NCBI GenBank assembly: GCA_001600815.1
Contig: BCKZ01000004.1
Location: 682,001 to 746,000, forward strand
From: Alloascoidea hylecoeti
Lineage: Eukaryota
Direction of reading: 5' to 3'
DNA: 64,000 nt
The notes below the pieces were generated by a model, which saw only the letters and a program-made list of their open reading frames with translations, did not search any database and was not told the DNA's origin. Made by a program: the position numbers and the translations under genes. How positions within the stretch are numbered: position 1 is the stretch's first letter; each line of letters begins with the position of its first letter. This document shows, piece after piece, positions 39,361 to 51,738 of this stretch.

Positions 39361-39780
39361 TCAAGCGAAAGTAGTAATAACCGCTGTAGCAGTAGCAGCA
39401 ACGCTCAATTCTGAATCGATTGTGGATGAGACAACCCAAGTTCCTGCTCCGACACTATTACACAATGATTTAGCCAAAGAAACAGCCTTGACAACATCAT
39501 TCCCATAACAACTCTCAGCAATACAATCAGCAACAGAGCTTGCGAAAGTTGTAATGACACAAAGACACCCAGTATCCCAATAAGGGCAAGGAGTAATATC
39601 AGTAGATATGCTAACACATGTTTGGGCACATGTTGGTAAAAGGTCATAAATTGGGTCAGCAAAACCATTAATCGAAGCAGTATGAGGTACAGATGGGTAG
39701 GTGCTGTAATTCTCTGCTTGACATTTGGAGATTAAAGCTGTTGTGGATAAAGCAATGTTGAATATAGTATTGAACTTCAT
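39361..39780 (-). CDS. Secreted CFEM hemophore-like protein (Csa2/Rbt5/Pga7 type)
   Basis: Signal peptide, INGFADPIYD, eight-Cys CFEM with CPYWDTGCLC; no Ser/Thr stalk or clear GPI signal. Confidence 0.9.
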   Translation of the reverse strand: MKFNTIFNIALSTTALISKCQAENYSTYPSVPHTASINGFADPIYDLLPTCAQTCVSISTDITPCPYWDTGCLCVITTFASSVADCIAESCYGNDVVKAVSLAKSLCNSVGAGTWVVSSTIDSELSVAATATAVITTFA

Positions 39781-41418
39781 TTTGAATTGTTGACAATTGC
39801 TGTTGATATCAGAAACTTAAGTGTTTTTCTGTTATAATTATTATATCTATAGGTAATTGCAAAAATTTAAAGCAGATATTCTTTAAATTTATAGTATTTG
39901 ATGATATAGCTATGATAAAATATCAACCGATACCCTCTAGATCTAAATATTTGAAGATTATATAATTTATGTTCAGATGTTTATATACGATATTGTTTAA
40001 TTTCCGGGGCGAATTATATCCCATCATATATTATACATATATTTATATATCACAATAGTAGACTATCTATATCGTTATATATACGCTATATGTGTTATAT
40101 AATTATTATATATCGGTAAATGACATCTTTTACGTTATACATACGATTGTATAAGACATATCTGCGTGTTTTCAGATAATTAATATTAATTATGAAAATG
40201 GCTGCAGTTGATCTTTCATATATACCGGTACACAAGTATAAGGTCATATATGTTTAATTTCCGTAGCTGATTATACATAATAATTCTCGGGTATCTTTTG
40301 AAATTGTCAAATGGCCATGGAAATTGTTTACCATTACATATAAGTCCTTCAATTCAATGTTTCTATATCATATAAGTTGTAGCTGTATAAGTATACGGCA
40401 TACTCCTAATTAATATTACTTGAATGATTGCAATTGTGGCGTCAATGTCATATATAAAATCATCATATATTTACATGTATAATAACAATTGCAGTTGCAA
40501 AAGTGTTTCAGATGTTATTTTACATAAGTCTTATATTATAACTAATTATTATCACAAGTTTTCTTTTCAAGCCTAACTTTCTTCGGAAATTTCAATAACA
40601 ATGGATGCTGACATATTAAAAGTTATACCCCGGCCAAAATAAATTAATATTTAATCGACACGGCTAGGCAAAGCCTATAGTTAGAACATAGAAAGCAAAT
40701 GTTTCTTTGGATTGTAGACTGAATCATGGAAGTTAACTTTTGGCTTATGAATATATCTTATTCTATATAATACAATTAAGCGCCATGATAAATGCGAAAG
40801 TTTATATTATAGAGTAATGTTTGGATTAATCTACGATGGCTCCACTTAGTTTCGTTAAACTGTGTTTGGTACTGTAGAGACAAACATCCAGGTTCTTTTA
40901 TTTTTATATATTCGGCAGTAAATGTGTAGAATGTTCGATAGATCGGTATGAAATATCAACATAAATATGGACATAGCTGATAATAAGTAATTAGAGTGGC
41001 CGAATTTAAGTGAAATGACTGTAAAGTTATTATCGCTTATAAAGTTCACATTGCAATATCAATTGATGTTTTTTACCACTACTTAATACTAATTATATTC
41101 TAGTAATAAATTTTCTAAATATATAATTGTCAGCTCTCGAGTGAATTTAACAATTAACAAGATCTAAAGTTTGTAAAATATTATTATTATAGTAACTAAA
41201 TAACTATTTATTCCTAAATTCCGGTTTAATAAAAAAAGAGTAGTAATGTTCGATGTTTATATACACGTATTCGTAATTGTCTTACAGGATATCGATACTG
41301 TCATGGGACTATTACTTAGCTCCCCTGATATATTTTGTTATAAGTATTATATATCACACCAGTCTAATAATTATATTCTGATAATTTTATTTTAACAATT
41401 GCAAATAAGAAGATTTTA

Positions 41419-42627
41419 CTAAAATTCGTAAGATTTTAATTGTTTCATGAAAGCCTGGGCTTTTAAGGCTGCAACATTAGTAGGTAATGGTTTAGAAGGT
41501 AATCTAACATCCTTTGAATCTGATCTTGATTCTGATTCACTACCTTTAGATGATCCCTTGGTTTTTGTATTAGTATCAGGCGAAATACGTTGTTTTGAAT
41601 GAGTACGTCCACGACGATGGACTGAAGAAGTACGTGGATTACTGTAATCAATAGAAGGTTTGTTTGTTAAATGGTAATCTCTATAGCGAGATCTATTGTG
41701 GTGTGATCTATCTCTTGAATTAGATCGCGATCGTGTTCTCAATAAATGGCGAGAAGAGTGCGGCTTTGATGATGATTGTGATCGATGTCGAGATCGTGAT
41801 CGGGACATAGAATATACGCCATCTCTTTTACTATAAGACCTTGTTGGTGGACGTGAACGCGTACGTGATTGTGAAGGCGATCGAGAATATGGTCTAGACA
41901 ATGATCTAGTACTAGAATGCGATAGCGATCGTGATCTTCCCTTTCGAGTTCTCTTAAATGGTGGTGATCTGGACCTTGAATTCTTATTATAATTTGGAAC
42001 ATAAGAATCATATCTTAACCCGCGTTTTAAATTTCTATCGTCTCCCCTAAAATTCCCATTTGTACCATTATTATTATTGTTATCATAATATTTATCGATT
42101 TCGTCGTCCTCATCTGGTTTTAAATTAAATGCTCTTCTCATTCTTTCATTTTCTTCCTTTTTGGCCTTCGCCATATCATGTATTTCATGACCTTTAAAAT
42201 GTTGAGGTTCCCTTTGATTATTATTCCAGCCATTTCCTTTTCCTCTATTATTGAACCTTCCAGAATTATTGCGTTGGGCAGCAAATTGTTCTTGTTCAAG
42301 GGTTAATTTGCGTCGTAGCTCATCGACTTTCACTTCGATCTCTTCAGAAGTTAATTTTCCGTCATCCTCTAGCTCAACTTGTAGTTCAAAACATTTAACC
42401 TCAACTTTTCTTTTATTATTATGATCAAGTATATCTTGATCCAACTTTCTTGCCCCAAGACCTCCTTTGACTTTCTTGATATTTCTTTCATCTTCAAGTC
42501 GCATTTCTTGTCTTCTGGCATAATTACCTGATTTTTGAGAAGTATATAAAGAGGACATGTTCTTTTGAACATAACCATTTGTTCCACTCCCTCTGGCAGT
42601 GGATAAACCGATTCCATTATACGACAT
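41419..42627 (-). CDS. CWC21: Spliceosomal Cwc21/SRRM2-like protein with RS-rich tail
   Basis: MSYNGIGLSTARGSGTNGYVQKN N-terminus, cwf21 domain (ILDHNNKRKVEVKC), many RS dipeptides. Confidence 0.93.
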   Translation of the reverse strand: MSYNGIGLSTARGSGTNGYVQKNMSSLYTSQKSGNYARRQEMRLEDERNIKKVKGGLGARKLDQDILDHNNKRKVEVKCFELQVELEDDGKLTSEEIEVKVDELRRKLTLEQEQFAAQRNNSGRFNNRGKGNGWNNNQREPQHFKGHEIHDMAKAKKEENERMRRAFNLKPDEDDEIDKYYDNNNNNGTNGNFRGDDRNLKRGLRYDSYVPNYNKNSRSRSPPFKRTRKGRSRSLSHSSTRSLSRPYSRSPSQSRTRSRPPTRSYSKRDGVYSMSRSRSRHRSQSSSKPHSSRHLLRTRSRSNSRDRSHHNRSRYRDYHLTNKPSIDYSNPRTSSVHRRGRTHSKQRISPDTNTKTKGSSKGSESESRSDSKDVRLPSKPLPTNVAALKAQAFMKQLKSYEF

Positions 42628-42803
42628 TGTTATTCAAATAAAGTAAACAAACTTTGTTGATATGCTTCTTATTTTACTCTAATAATAAATGAGAAAAAAT
42701 TACTGAGATTACCCGGTTTTGTGTCATTATCTATTTATGCCGGTTGAGTCTCTTCTCCTCCTTTCCTCACTCATCGCCGCCCCCTCATTTTACTTTTTCA
42801 CAA

Positions 42804-43322
42804 ATGAAGCTTCTATCTATCCTCTCTGGTGCCGCATTAATTTCTTATGCTGCCGCTTCTCCGATCGGGGTTGACATCCAAGGAATCTTGAACGGCCCAA
42901 GCCCACAGAATACACCAATAAAGGGTGATTCACCGGTACAATTATGTGATGAATCTGATCCCCAAATTCTTACAATTGATCATGTTAATCTATCACCTAA
43001 CCCTCCCAAAAAGGGCGAGAAACTGGTCATTGAAGCGAGTGGTATATTCAGCAAGGAAGTTGACACTGGCTCTTATGTTGACATTGACGTCAGATATGGT
43101 TATATTAAATTAGTTCAAGAAACCTTTGATTTATGTGAACAATTAGAAAATGTTGATTTAACTTGTCCTCTAGATAAGGGTAAATTGGTTATCACAAAAG
43201 AGGTTGATATTCCTAATGAAGTTCCTCCTGGTGTCTATACAGTTTTTGCAAGAGCTTATACTCCGGGTGATGAGTTGATAACATGTTTGGCCGCAACAGT
43301 CGAATTTCCTTACGCATTCTAA
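42804..43322 (+). CDS. NPC2: ML-domain sterol/phospholipid transfer protein
   Basis: Signal peptide from ATG 42804; PNPPKKG, VRYGYIKL, DLC..CP, IPNEVPPGVYTV, ITCL. Confidence 0.92.
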   Translation: MKLLSILSGAALISYAAASPIGVDIQGILNGPSPQNTPIKGDSPVQLCDESDPQILTIDHVNLSPNPPKKGEKLVIEASGIFSKEVDTGSYVDIDVRYGYIKLVQETFDLCEQLENVDLTCPLDKGKLVITKEVDIPNEVPPGVYTVFARAYTPGDELITCLAATVEFPYAF

Positions 43323-46300
43323 TTAGTTAGATTCTCTTTCTTATCACTAATACATTTTTCTATACAAGATTATGCCCGCGGAATTATAAATTACTGAATA
43401 TTAATGGTAATGATATGAAGAAAAGATTAGAAATTAAATTTAGAATTGTTGGGCAAGAGTTTTGGTTTAGTGCGTCATATATGAAGATCCTTCAAAATAT
43501 TTTTTAATCTCTATTATGGCATTATTGCATCATCTATTCTCATTAATAATTAATCTTATTTTGTTTTGGCTTCATGTTTTTGTCTTCTTATATATGCTCC
43601 TATTAAGATGGTGGTAGCTAATAGCTATAGAATATCACTAATTAATGCGCGAAGTATCATTTCATGTTCACACTTAATAATAATACTGCTGGTAGTTTTA
43701 AGTACCAAATTTTTCAAAAGTTAGATATATAGTATGCTAAAATAACGGTATGATAATATAATTAAGATATTATATCTCTCTTGTTTTGTAATTAACTGGG
43801 TATTTCTGTTATAATTATAGATTAGATCGATATCGACGTCGGTGTATTGGTATAATTTATATGAGGGGAATTTTTGCAAGGTGAAATCTTTTATTGGTCT
43901 AAAATCATGAACCCATTACTACAATGTTTTATGTAGCTCTGTATGTCTCATACTAATTTTCAGTGTTCATCAGCGGTAACATAAACTTTTATTGGAGTAT
44001 ATCAACCTGGTTCGGTTCAAGATATGAGATAGTCTACTTATAATTAGCATATAATTATTAATTAACCTTTCTGTTTTCCTTAAACTATGACTAGAAATAT
44101 TTAGTACACAATTAAAATCAGGGTCCAGGATAAGCATTATAATTATAGGAAACGGATATAAGGATATTAAGGAGTAAAGAGAGGAGTATTCCCATGCCAC
44201 TGATAAAGTGATAATTATAGACGCTTATGGCTATGGTCTGCAAGTTTCAGCATTTATATTCTTATTAAAATACAACATTATCGGCATGCTCCAAAGATAC
44301 GTCCTTTGGGATCTGTGTTAAATATGAAGTATAGAATGTTGAAAGAGTGATTGGATAAAAAGAGAAAAAAACTTGTAGGGATATATGTTTCCTTGATCTT
44401 AAAGAGTTTTGAGAAACGCTGTTAGGTTATCAACAAATGCCTAAACCACTTTTGCTGTTGTTGATTTCTCTAAACCTCTTTCAAAAAAAGTACTAGTAGT
44501 TACTAGTTAGTGGCTCTAAACCCAATATAAAAAAGATTGAGACAATGGATTATCCGATCTTACACTTCCTCACGATGAAAAAGGTGACCTTAGAATAATC
44601 ATTTAATTCGATTGATCCTACTTGCTGGTGAATAAACACAATATATGTACGCTAATCCAGCTTCATCCATATGACCTTCCTCGGGTAAGAAACTCAGTTG
44701 CTTGAACTGATTCTATACTAGATTATTTTTACTTTCCCAGATATATGTAGGTAATTTGTTGGGGACATACCAAGCCTTTTTAGAAAGGGGAGCAGAAACA
44801 AATTTATAATAATTCTACGTCATTATTAATAAAAAAATAAGATTATTTTCTTTATACCTTATCGGGTTAAAAAGAGGGAAATCTGATTATAATCATGGGC
44901 CAAGGACTTGCTTTTGTTCAACTGTGTAGAACTCAACTTTAAGCCATATACCTACTAAAAATGCTCTTTACGCTAACAAATGAATCCTTCTCACACATTC
45001 TAATTTATTTTTACTAAGGATTCCTTTATTCCGCAAAGACAATCCGCTTTAGAAATTGTAGCGATTATTATTTATTAATATCGAATATAGTGTTTCCGCA
45101 AGAAATATTTTGCAAGATCAGTAACATTATGTTTCTTCTACCAGTAATCAGTACTATTCACATTTTAAGTTACAAACATATCGATTCTTATTTATGCTCT
45201 ACGAGTCTCTTGAGTATTTTTGTATGCCTACTAGCTCACACATATAAACTCGAAACTCGCGAGCCTACTATTAGATTCTATATAAATTATATTCAGATTT
45301 ACTCTCCCTCAAATTATTAGTTACCAGTTTATTTTCCAGCTATAAAATTATATTTATCACTCGTTCTTGGTTATTCTCTATCTTTATTCTGTTATAGAAA
45401 TTTTAAAGGGGTTTGTGAGTGTTATGGTTCCGGTAGCAATAAAACCTGACTGAAACAATTATATTAATGAATTCCTTATCTAAGTACGAAATCAAATTTG
45501 TTGTTGTTCTATACTTTATCTCAAAAGACTAAATACTAAATAGGTATAGCGTGCCAGTGACTAAATGTGAAACCTTTCCACTTGTGGATGGAAAATTGGC
45601 AATTGTGTTTGGCGAATTGCTTTTACCTTGACAACTAATTTATATGACAGATTAATTAATTGAGATTACCAGAAAACTAAGTATCTGAGTAGAAGGGATC
45701 TATTAAAATTCACTCCTTTCGCATTCAATTGTACCAGAATCAAGGGGACTAGAGCAAATTCCAATACCAATATTTAGTGAAACTATGTGTATTGTAAGCA
45801 TTATATATTGTTGAAATCTATAATTCTTATGATGATAACTACTCTGTAGTATAATTACTCACTAGTACTTATAACTGTAAATTTCGTACTTACAATGAAC
45901 AATCTTCTCTTGACTTTTGTTGTTATAAGGTCTAATAATTCAAAGCTTAATCTAGACATGTGGAGGCAGATTATTTTTTTATTGAAATTATTGTATTCAC
46001 GGGGTATAAAATAATATAAAGATTTATATCTAGATGCTAATATAACGTAATTGAAAACAATAAATTAATCATATTCATAAATACCATGCAGTCTTCGCGT
46101 TAGTATTATAAGACTTATATTAATATGGTGATAGCTTATAATTAATTAGCCTATCAAATGTTCCGGGTATTTTTTAATGGTTTAAATAAATATAATGTAA
46201 TAATTTCTGACCAATTTTAAACCACATCAAATGCAAAAGGGGAATTTTAATTAATGAATCTACATATAGATCAAATTAGACTAATGTATTATATTACTAT

Positions 46301-46899
46301 AAAGCTTTAAATATAATTAAGAGAAAAATTTAGTCATATCATGCTCATATATGCTAATATACCAGTAAAATAATTCAATATATGCAGAAATAAAATCATG
46401 ACATAGCTTGAAATATCGATCACTTGCCTTATCTCACTCGATCCGGGATCCCACTAGTTATTTATTTATTGAGCAACCATAATTTTCTGAGTTCAAATTA
46501 TAATTTTAAGTCTCATTTAATATTAGTTGGAATGTAAAAGGTAGATGTAATAATACAGAACCTGCCGTTGTAGTTGAGGAAGAATGTAGAGTAAAAAATG
46601 GTCACGCATTACCTTATTAGGTTATTTGAATAGCAGTTGCATTAAGAAAAATGAGCTGCTTAAAAATCATTATAATTGGATATATAAAAACACCCGCAAC
46701 ATCATATAAGATAATATCAAACTCATAAAATTAACGTTAACGGTGCAGTAAAATAATATGGTGTACATAATTTATATGGTATGCTTTGTAACAACGTTAA
46801 AAGTCAATAACGGTGACGTTAGTTACGAAAATCATTTTGGAATATCCCTGTCTCGTAAAACTTGACTTTAAACAACTTTAACCCAAAATTGGCAATATT

Positions 46900-47760
46900 G
46901 ATATTAAAACCAAAAAAACCCAGTAACTGTGGCTCAAAATTTAGAAGAAACTACACTACTTAATCTATTTCCCGATGAAATCTTACACACCTCGAAGAAA
47001 GAGTGAGAAAAATTACACCGCGAAGACGAGTTAATGAAGGCGTTTCCAAAGACATTAGCAACCAATTGATCCAAAAGCTTACTGTTTTGGAGGAGGCCAA
47101 AATCTCAAGCAATATTCAGGAAATAGGAGGGTTTGGTTGTACTCCAGATGAACTCCATTTTCCCCGCCCCTTGGTGAATGTATTGAGGCGCATATTTTGG
47201 GAAAGCCATACAATTACACAAGTTTTATAAATTCTGCGAACGAGAATTATAGCTTATAGGTAAGGGCCCTTAAGAATTAACATCGTCAGTTGAAATATAA
47301 TCGATCAAGCTCACTGGAACTCTACAGATTCTTCGCTTCAAAGAGAGAGGATGTGACATCTTGATGCAAGTGGTTAGAGTATTGGTGGTTGTTCAACAGA
47401 TATCATATATAATAAAAGGAAACACTAATGAAACAGTATATATACTAGCTGAGGTAAATGAATTGGTTAAGCTGTTGATACCAGCTGCGAATATGAAGGT
47501 TCCTCAATTGGTGCTGACACTTGCTACAATAGTGTGCACTGTGTAGGCTGCTTTCAAAAAATATGATTCAAAAAATCTACTTCTACCGGCCAGAAAACCT
47601 GTGCCCCAAAAGGTGACGTCTTAGAACTATAGGTTATATGTCGAAACTAGACACTAAACTCCAAAAGCATAATTGCTGGATTCAAGAAAAAAGATAATCA
47701 CTTCACTCAACCTAGAAGAAGTCTTGAAGATATACAGGGATGGAACTCCCAGTTAAATCG
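46900..47760 (+). mobile_element. Possible decayed DDE (pogo/Fot1-like) transposase fragment
   Basis: GC-elevated island with broken frames; NSKSIIAGFKK..SLNLEEVLK resembles the pogo NIxSGFxxxGIxPxNxxxVL segment. Confidence 0.25.
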
Positions 47761-48461
47761 AATGAAAGTACGCCCACTTTATACGGAGAATCGACTATAG
47801 AGGTTAATAAACAAAAAATGAAGTAGTTGGCATATTTTTTGGAAGAATCACTGATTCAGATGGGAAGATCGCTAATCTACTGCACATGTTTCAGTCCTCT
47901 CGGCGCTAACACCTATATGTACCAAAGCCACGCAAGAGGCTCAATTCACCGAAAAAATTGAAGTTTCTATAATCTAGATGGAAATCAGGTGTGGGAGTGC
48001 TTTCCCAGATGAAACCTAGTCTTAAAATTGATGAATAGTGAGAGGATATGCCCCCATCTTTACGACGTATTCCATCTGCTGAGTCACGCAAAATGCTTGT
48101 ATAATCTTTGGCCCCAGAAGATCCTGTGACTTTCCTGAAATGAGATCCTTGTTTAGTCAATAACGAAATTTGTTAATTTTTAAAAAAAAATTCTGTCTAT
48201 GTGTTACATGCAAATGTGTTAACCGTTGTCGCGGAATATAACAATAATCAATGATATATAAATTTAAAATCGAGTCAAGTTGTCATAATTATGAGCACAA
48301 GCTTATGCGCTAACTATACTTATCCGTCTTGGATCTTAAAGATTCAAGAATCATCAATATCTAGATATGCATAAAATCTAAATAAATCAAATGTATAAAT
48401 ATTTAGATAATATTATACTAAATCTAAACATATTGGTGTATGTATAGATCTATAAGGTAAT

Positions 48462-48466
<5 letters not shown>

Positions 48467-48498
<32 letters not shown>
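48467..48498. repeat. (AT)16 microsatellite
   Basis: Direct reading. Confidence 0.95.
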
Positions 48499-48501
<3 letters not shown>

Positions 48502-48916
48502 CCCAATTATAACCAATATAAGAATGTACTTATTATAAAGTTTATATGGATCAGTAAACATAATTACCCAAGTAGCACAAATGACTTATTGTTCTAGTGT
48601 TGATTATATATTATTTATAATCAATTGACGAAACGGGCTTTGCATATGCCTAAAAATGCGTAGTAGTTAAAACTTAATTAATATAGCTATATTATATTTC
48701 TGATTTACGTTCTGAGTAATTGATTTTATTCAAAGGGGAATCAATTTTATTGATATTCCATTTAATCTTAACGTGGTTGTGCTATGCGAGCTATATGCGT
48801 TTATAATTATAAGTATACAATTAATAGCTATAGCTAGTTATAGCACCAGCTATATAGCTCACATATCCAATTGGAATGATATTACAATGAAGAATAGAAG
48901 CTGAGTAATTAAAATC

Positions 48917-48952
48917 ATTTAAACTGTGTATAGAATTTAAACTGTGTATAGA
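48917..48952. repeat. 18-bp tandem duplication ATTTAAACTGTGTATAGA x2
   Basis: Direct reading. Confidence 0.9.
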
Positions 48953-51738
48953 TGGTAATAACCGAAGATTTATAATGATCAATTTTAACCTCCACAACCG
49001 TTTACATCAATAATTATAGTCTATTCAAACTGCTGCAGTAGATGTTTGCTTTAAAAGGAATATTAGGATCTTAAAGCAGGTTCTAAGAGTTTTGAGCCCT
49101 TACAGACAGAAAATAACGATTGATGCTGATATCTGAGATTATAATTATAAATTTCTATACATTATACAGCTATAGTTATATAAGTTATATCTATAATAGT
49201 ATGGGTATATATTGATAAACGTGTATTGTGATCATGATTTTAAGATGAATATTTTTAATTTGCAGAAGAAGAAAAAGTTATTAGGTGTTGATTAATCTTA
49301 AACATTAATAAAGCTTAAAACTTCTATTCCAAATATAGATCCAAAGGTCCTCCGCGGTTTAATTGTGTGATTCTCAACGTTGTATCAAAATAAACCAAAT
49401 AAAGAATATTAAACAACTAAAGACTAGTTGATCTTATTATAATATATTAATATCTGCATGTACAATATTGAGGGTGCCCAAAATTGGGATTATATATAAC
49501 TAATGTATTATTATGAAACGCGTTTTGGAAACATAATAACCTACAGTACTTCTTTATTTTTCGCTGATTGGAATTAATATATATATTATATATGATTTAA
49601 CTAAAGGGAATTGAAAATCACCAAAATTCAGCAAGATGATGAATCACCCACATATGTCAAACAATAATTATAAGAGTACTCGGTATAATATAAAGTTATA
49701 TTATGCGCTGTATATATAACCCACAGCCCGAACATAATAAATATATAAAACAACCAGTTTTGCTGTACACAACTTATATAATTAAATACCATTTTCACTG
49801 ATATTTTTCAAAGAAAGAGCCAGTAATAAATCTTATTGTCATCACTTATCTTTGAAATCGAACAATTATCTAATATATAATTAGTTGGTGCACATGTATA
49901 TTTCTTGAAATGCGTGGTTGGGTCTATGGTCAGTTAATTAAATATTATTTGTTGCTATTGTGAATATATCTAGATCTCACATAATCATCATTATTTTTAA
50001 AAACTATATACTTTGAATAATTTTCAATTGTAATATATATCAATATATTGTAATAAGTATTAGTTGGAAAAATTTCTAGAACTATGGGTGTCAATTTTAA
50101 ATTGCATGCATATAATAATATATGCAACAACTGTGTATTTAGAAGTATCTTACTAAATTCATTCAGGAGCATCTATCAACTGCAAACTCAATTATATACT
50201 TAAAATAGAAGCTAAAGTCCGATACTAAAAGCTTATAAAGTTATGTCTTAAAGAGAGGTATATCATATGTCATTCTTGTCCTTCCTCAAAAGTTACAACC
50301 TTAATATTATATTGATACGATATCACACTTATATTTTTGCAATATTAATCTAAATTGTGGCATACTATATAATATATACACTATACTGTAACTTGTCAAA
50401 CTTGTAATCATGAGCTAAACTTAATTGTTCTAATATATCATCAAACTGAATGATCGTTTCATTTATATTATTTACTTCAAATATAAATTACATAAATAGA
50501 GGCGCATATCTAGATCCGGTCTTCTTGTATAACTATTATAATTATGAATAAAAAAATATACAAATGTCCCTATATGAACTTCGAAGGCAATTGAAATTAT
50601 TACTTAATCACCTTCATTGAGAAGCGGCGTTATAACGTTATGTGTGGTACTGAAACTTCATTGTTAGGATTGAAACGTGCTGGGTTGAAATTAATGGTTA
50701 TGATTTCTAAATTAGTATTTATACTATAACTAATATAATTGAACTTATTGCAGTTGAAGCCGACAAGTTAATATACTTATAAATAATATGATCACAATAA
50801 TCTAGTGTTACTTGGGATTATATTAAAGATCTAGTTTCTAAAAATTTAATTAATATTCAGCCTTTTTTATAAGTGCAAAATTAAATCCTCAGGAATATTA
50901 ATATTTACTCGTGAATATAGTTTATAAATACATATGAGTTGCCGGTAAAATCATCCGGTGAAATTATTCTATATTGTTGTCGCTATTATTTATAAAAATG
51001 TGCGTCAAAGTGAGAATAATAAAACTAACCGCCAAACTGAAAAAATTGTTATGTATGATAATTAGTACAATATATGCCGTTACAGCATTTCATAGATTAT
51101 ATCTGTTTCTAGTGACATTCATCATTCTATTTCATTGAAACCACTTTCACATCTCAAATGCCTAAGATTTCGGCCTCATATTATATATGCTAGCTATGCA
51201 TAATTTCCGAGTTCATTGTTAAAGCTTTATAAATTAAATTTATTTAACTGGTGGTGTTAAACCTATTAAAAAAGTATATTATCATTCTTTCATTTAATTA
51301 ATGAAAAACATGATAGGGACATATAGCTATGAGAACTATATTCTTATAATTTAGAGTTTTATATATCTAATTGCACACAATCTAAACCCGCCTTAAAATG
51401 TCCAAGTTTGGATAACCTTTTAATTTGATTTAGAATATTAACAATAAAATATATTGATGGTAATATGCTATTGAAGATAAAGGGTATCGTGCATCCTTGG
51501 CCATATGAATTATTAATTCGATTGAGAAACTGATTTTTCTCAACGTGATTGTCAAGTATCGGTACAAAATTGTTCTTGATTTGAATATTATGCCATAAGC
51601 ATAACAGTGTGATTATATATAATGAATTCTGTTTGTCTCTAGGTCTTATTTATAAACGCAAACATCCAGCTAATAAACTCTACCCTTTATTTTAAATTCA
51701 TCTTTTAATCTGACCAGTTTATACCTTTTATTTTTAAG

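Noticed and set aside
39781..41418. GATAA sites as iron-repressor elements upstream of the CFEM gene
   Set aside because: Expected by chance in very AT-rich DNA; no extended consensus
47906..48160. 84-aa minus-strand ORF
   Set aside because: TTG start, no motif, lies within relic-like DNA
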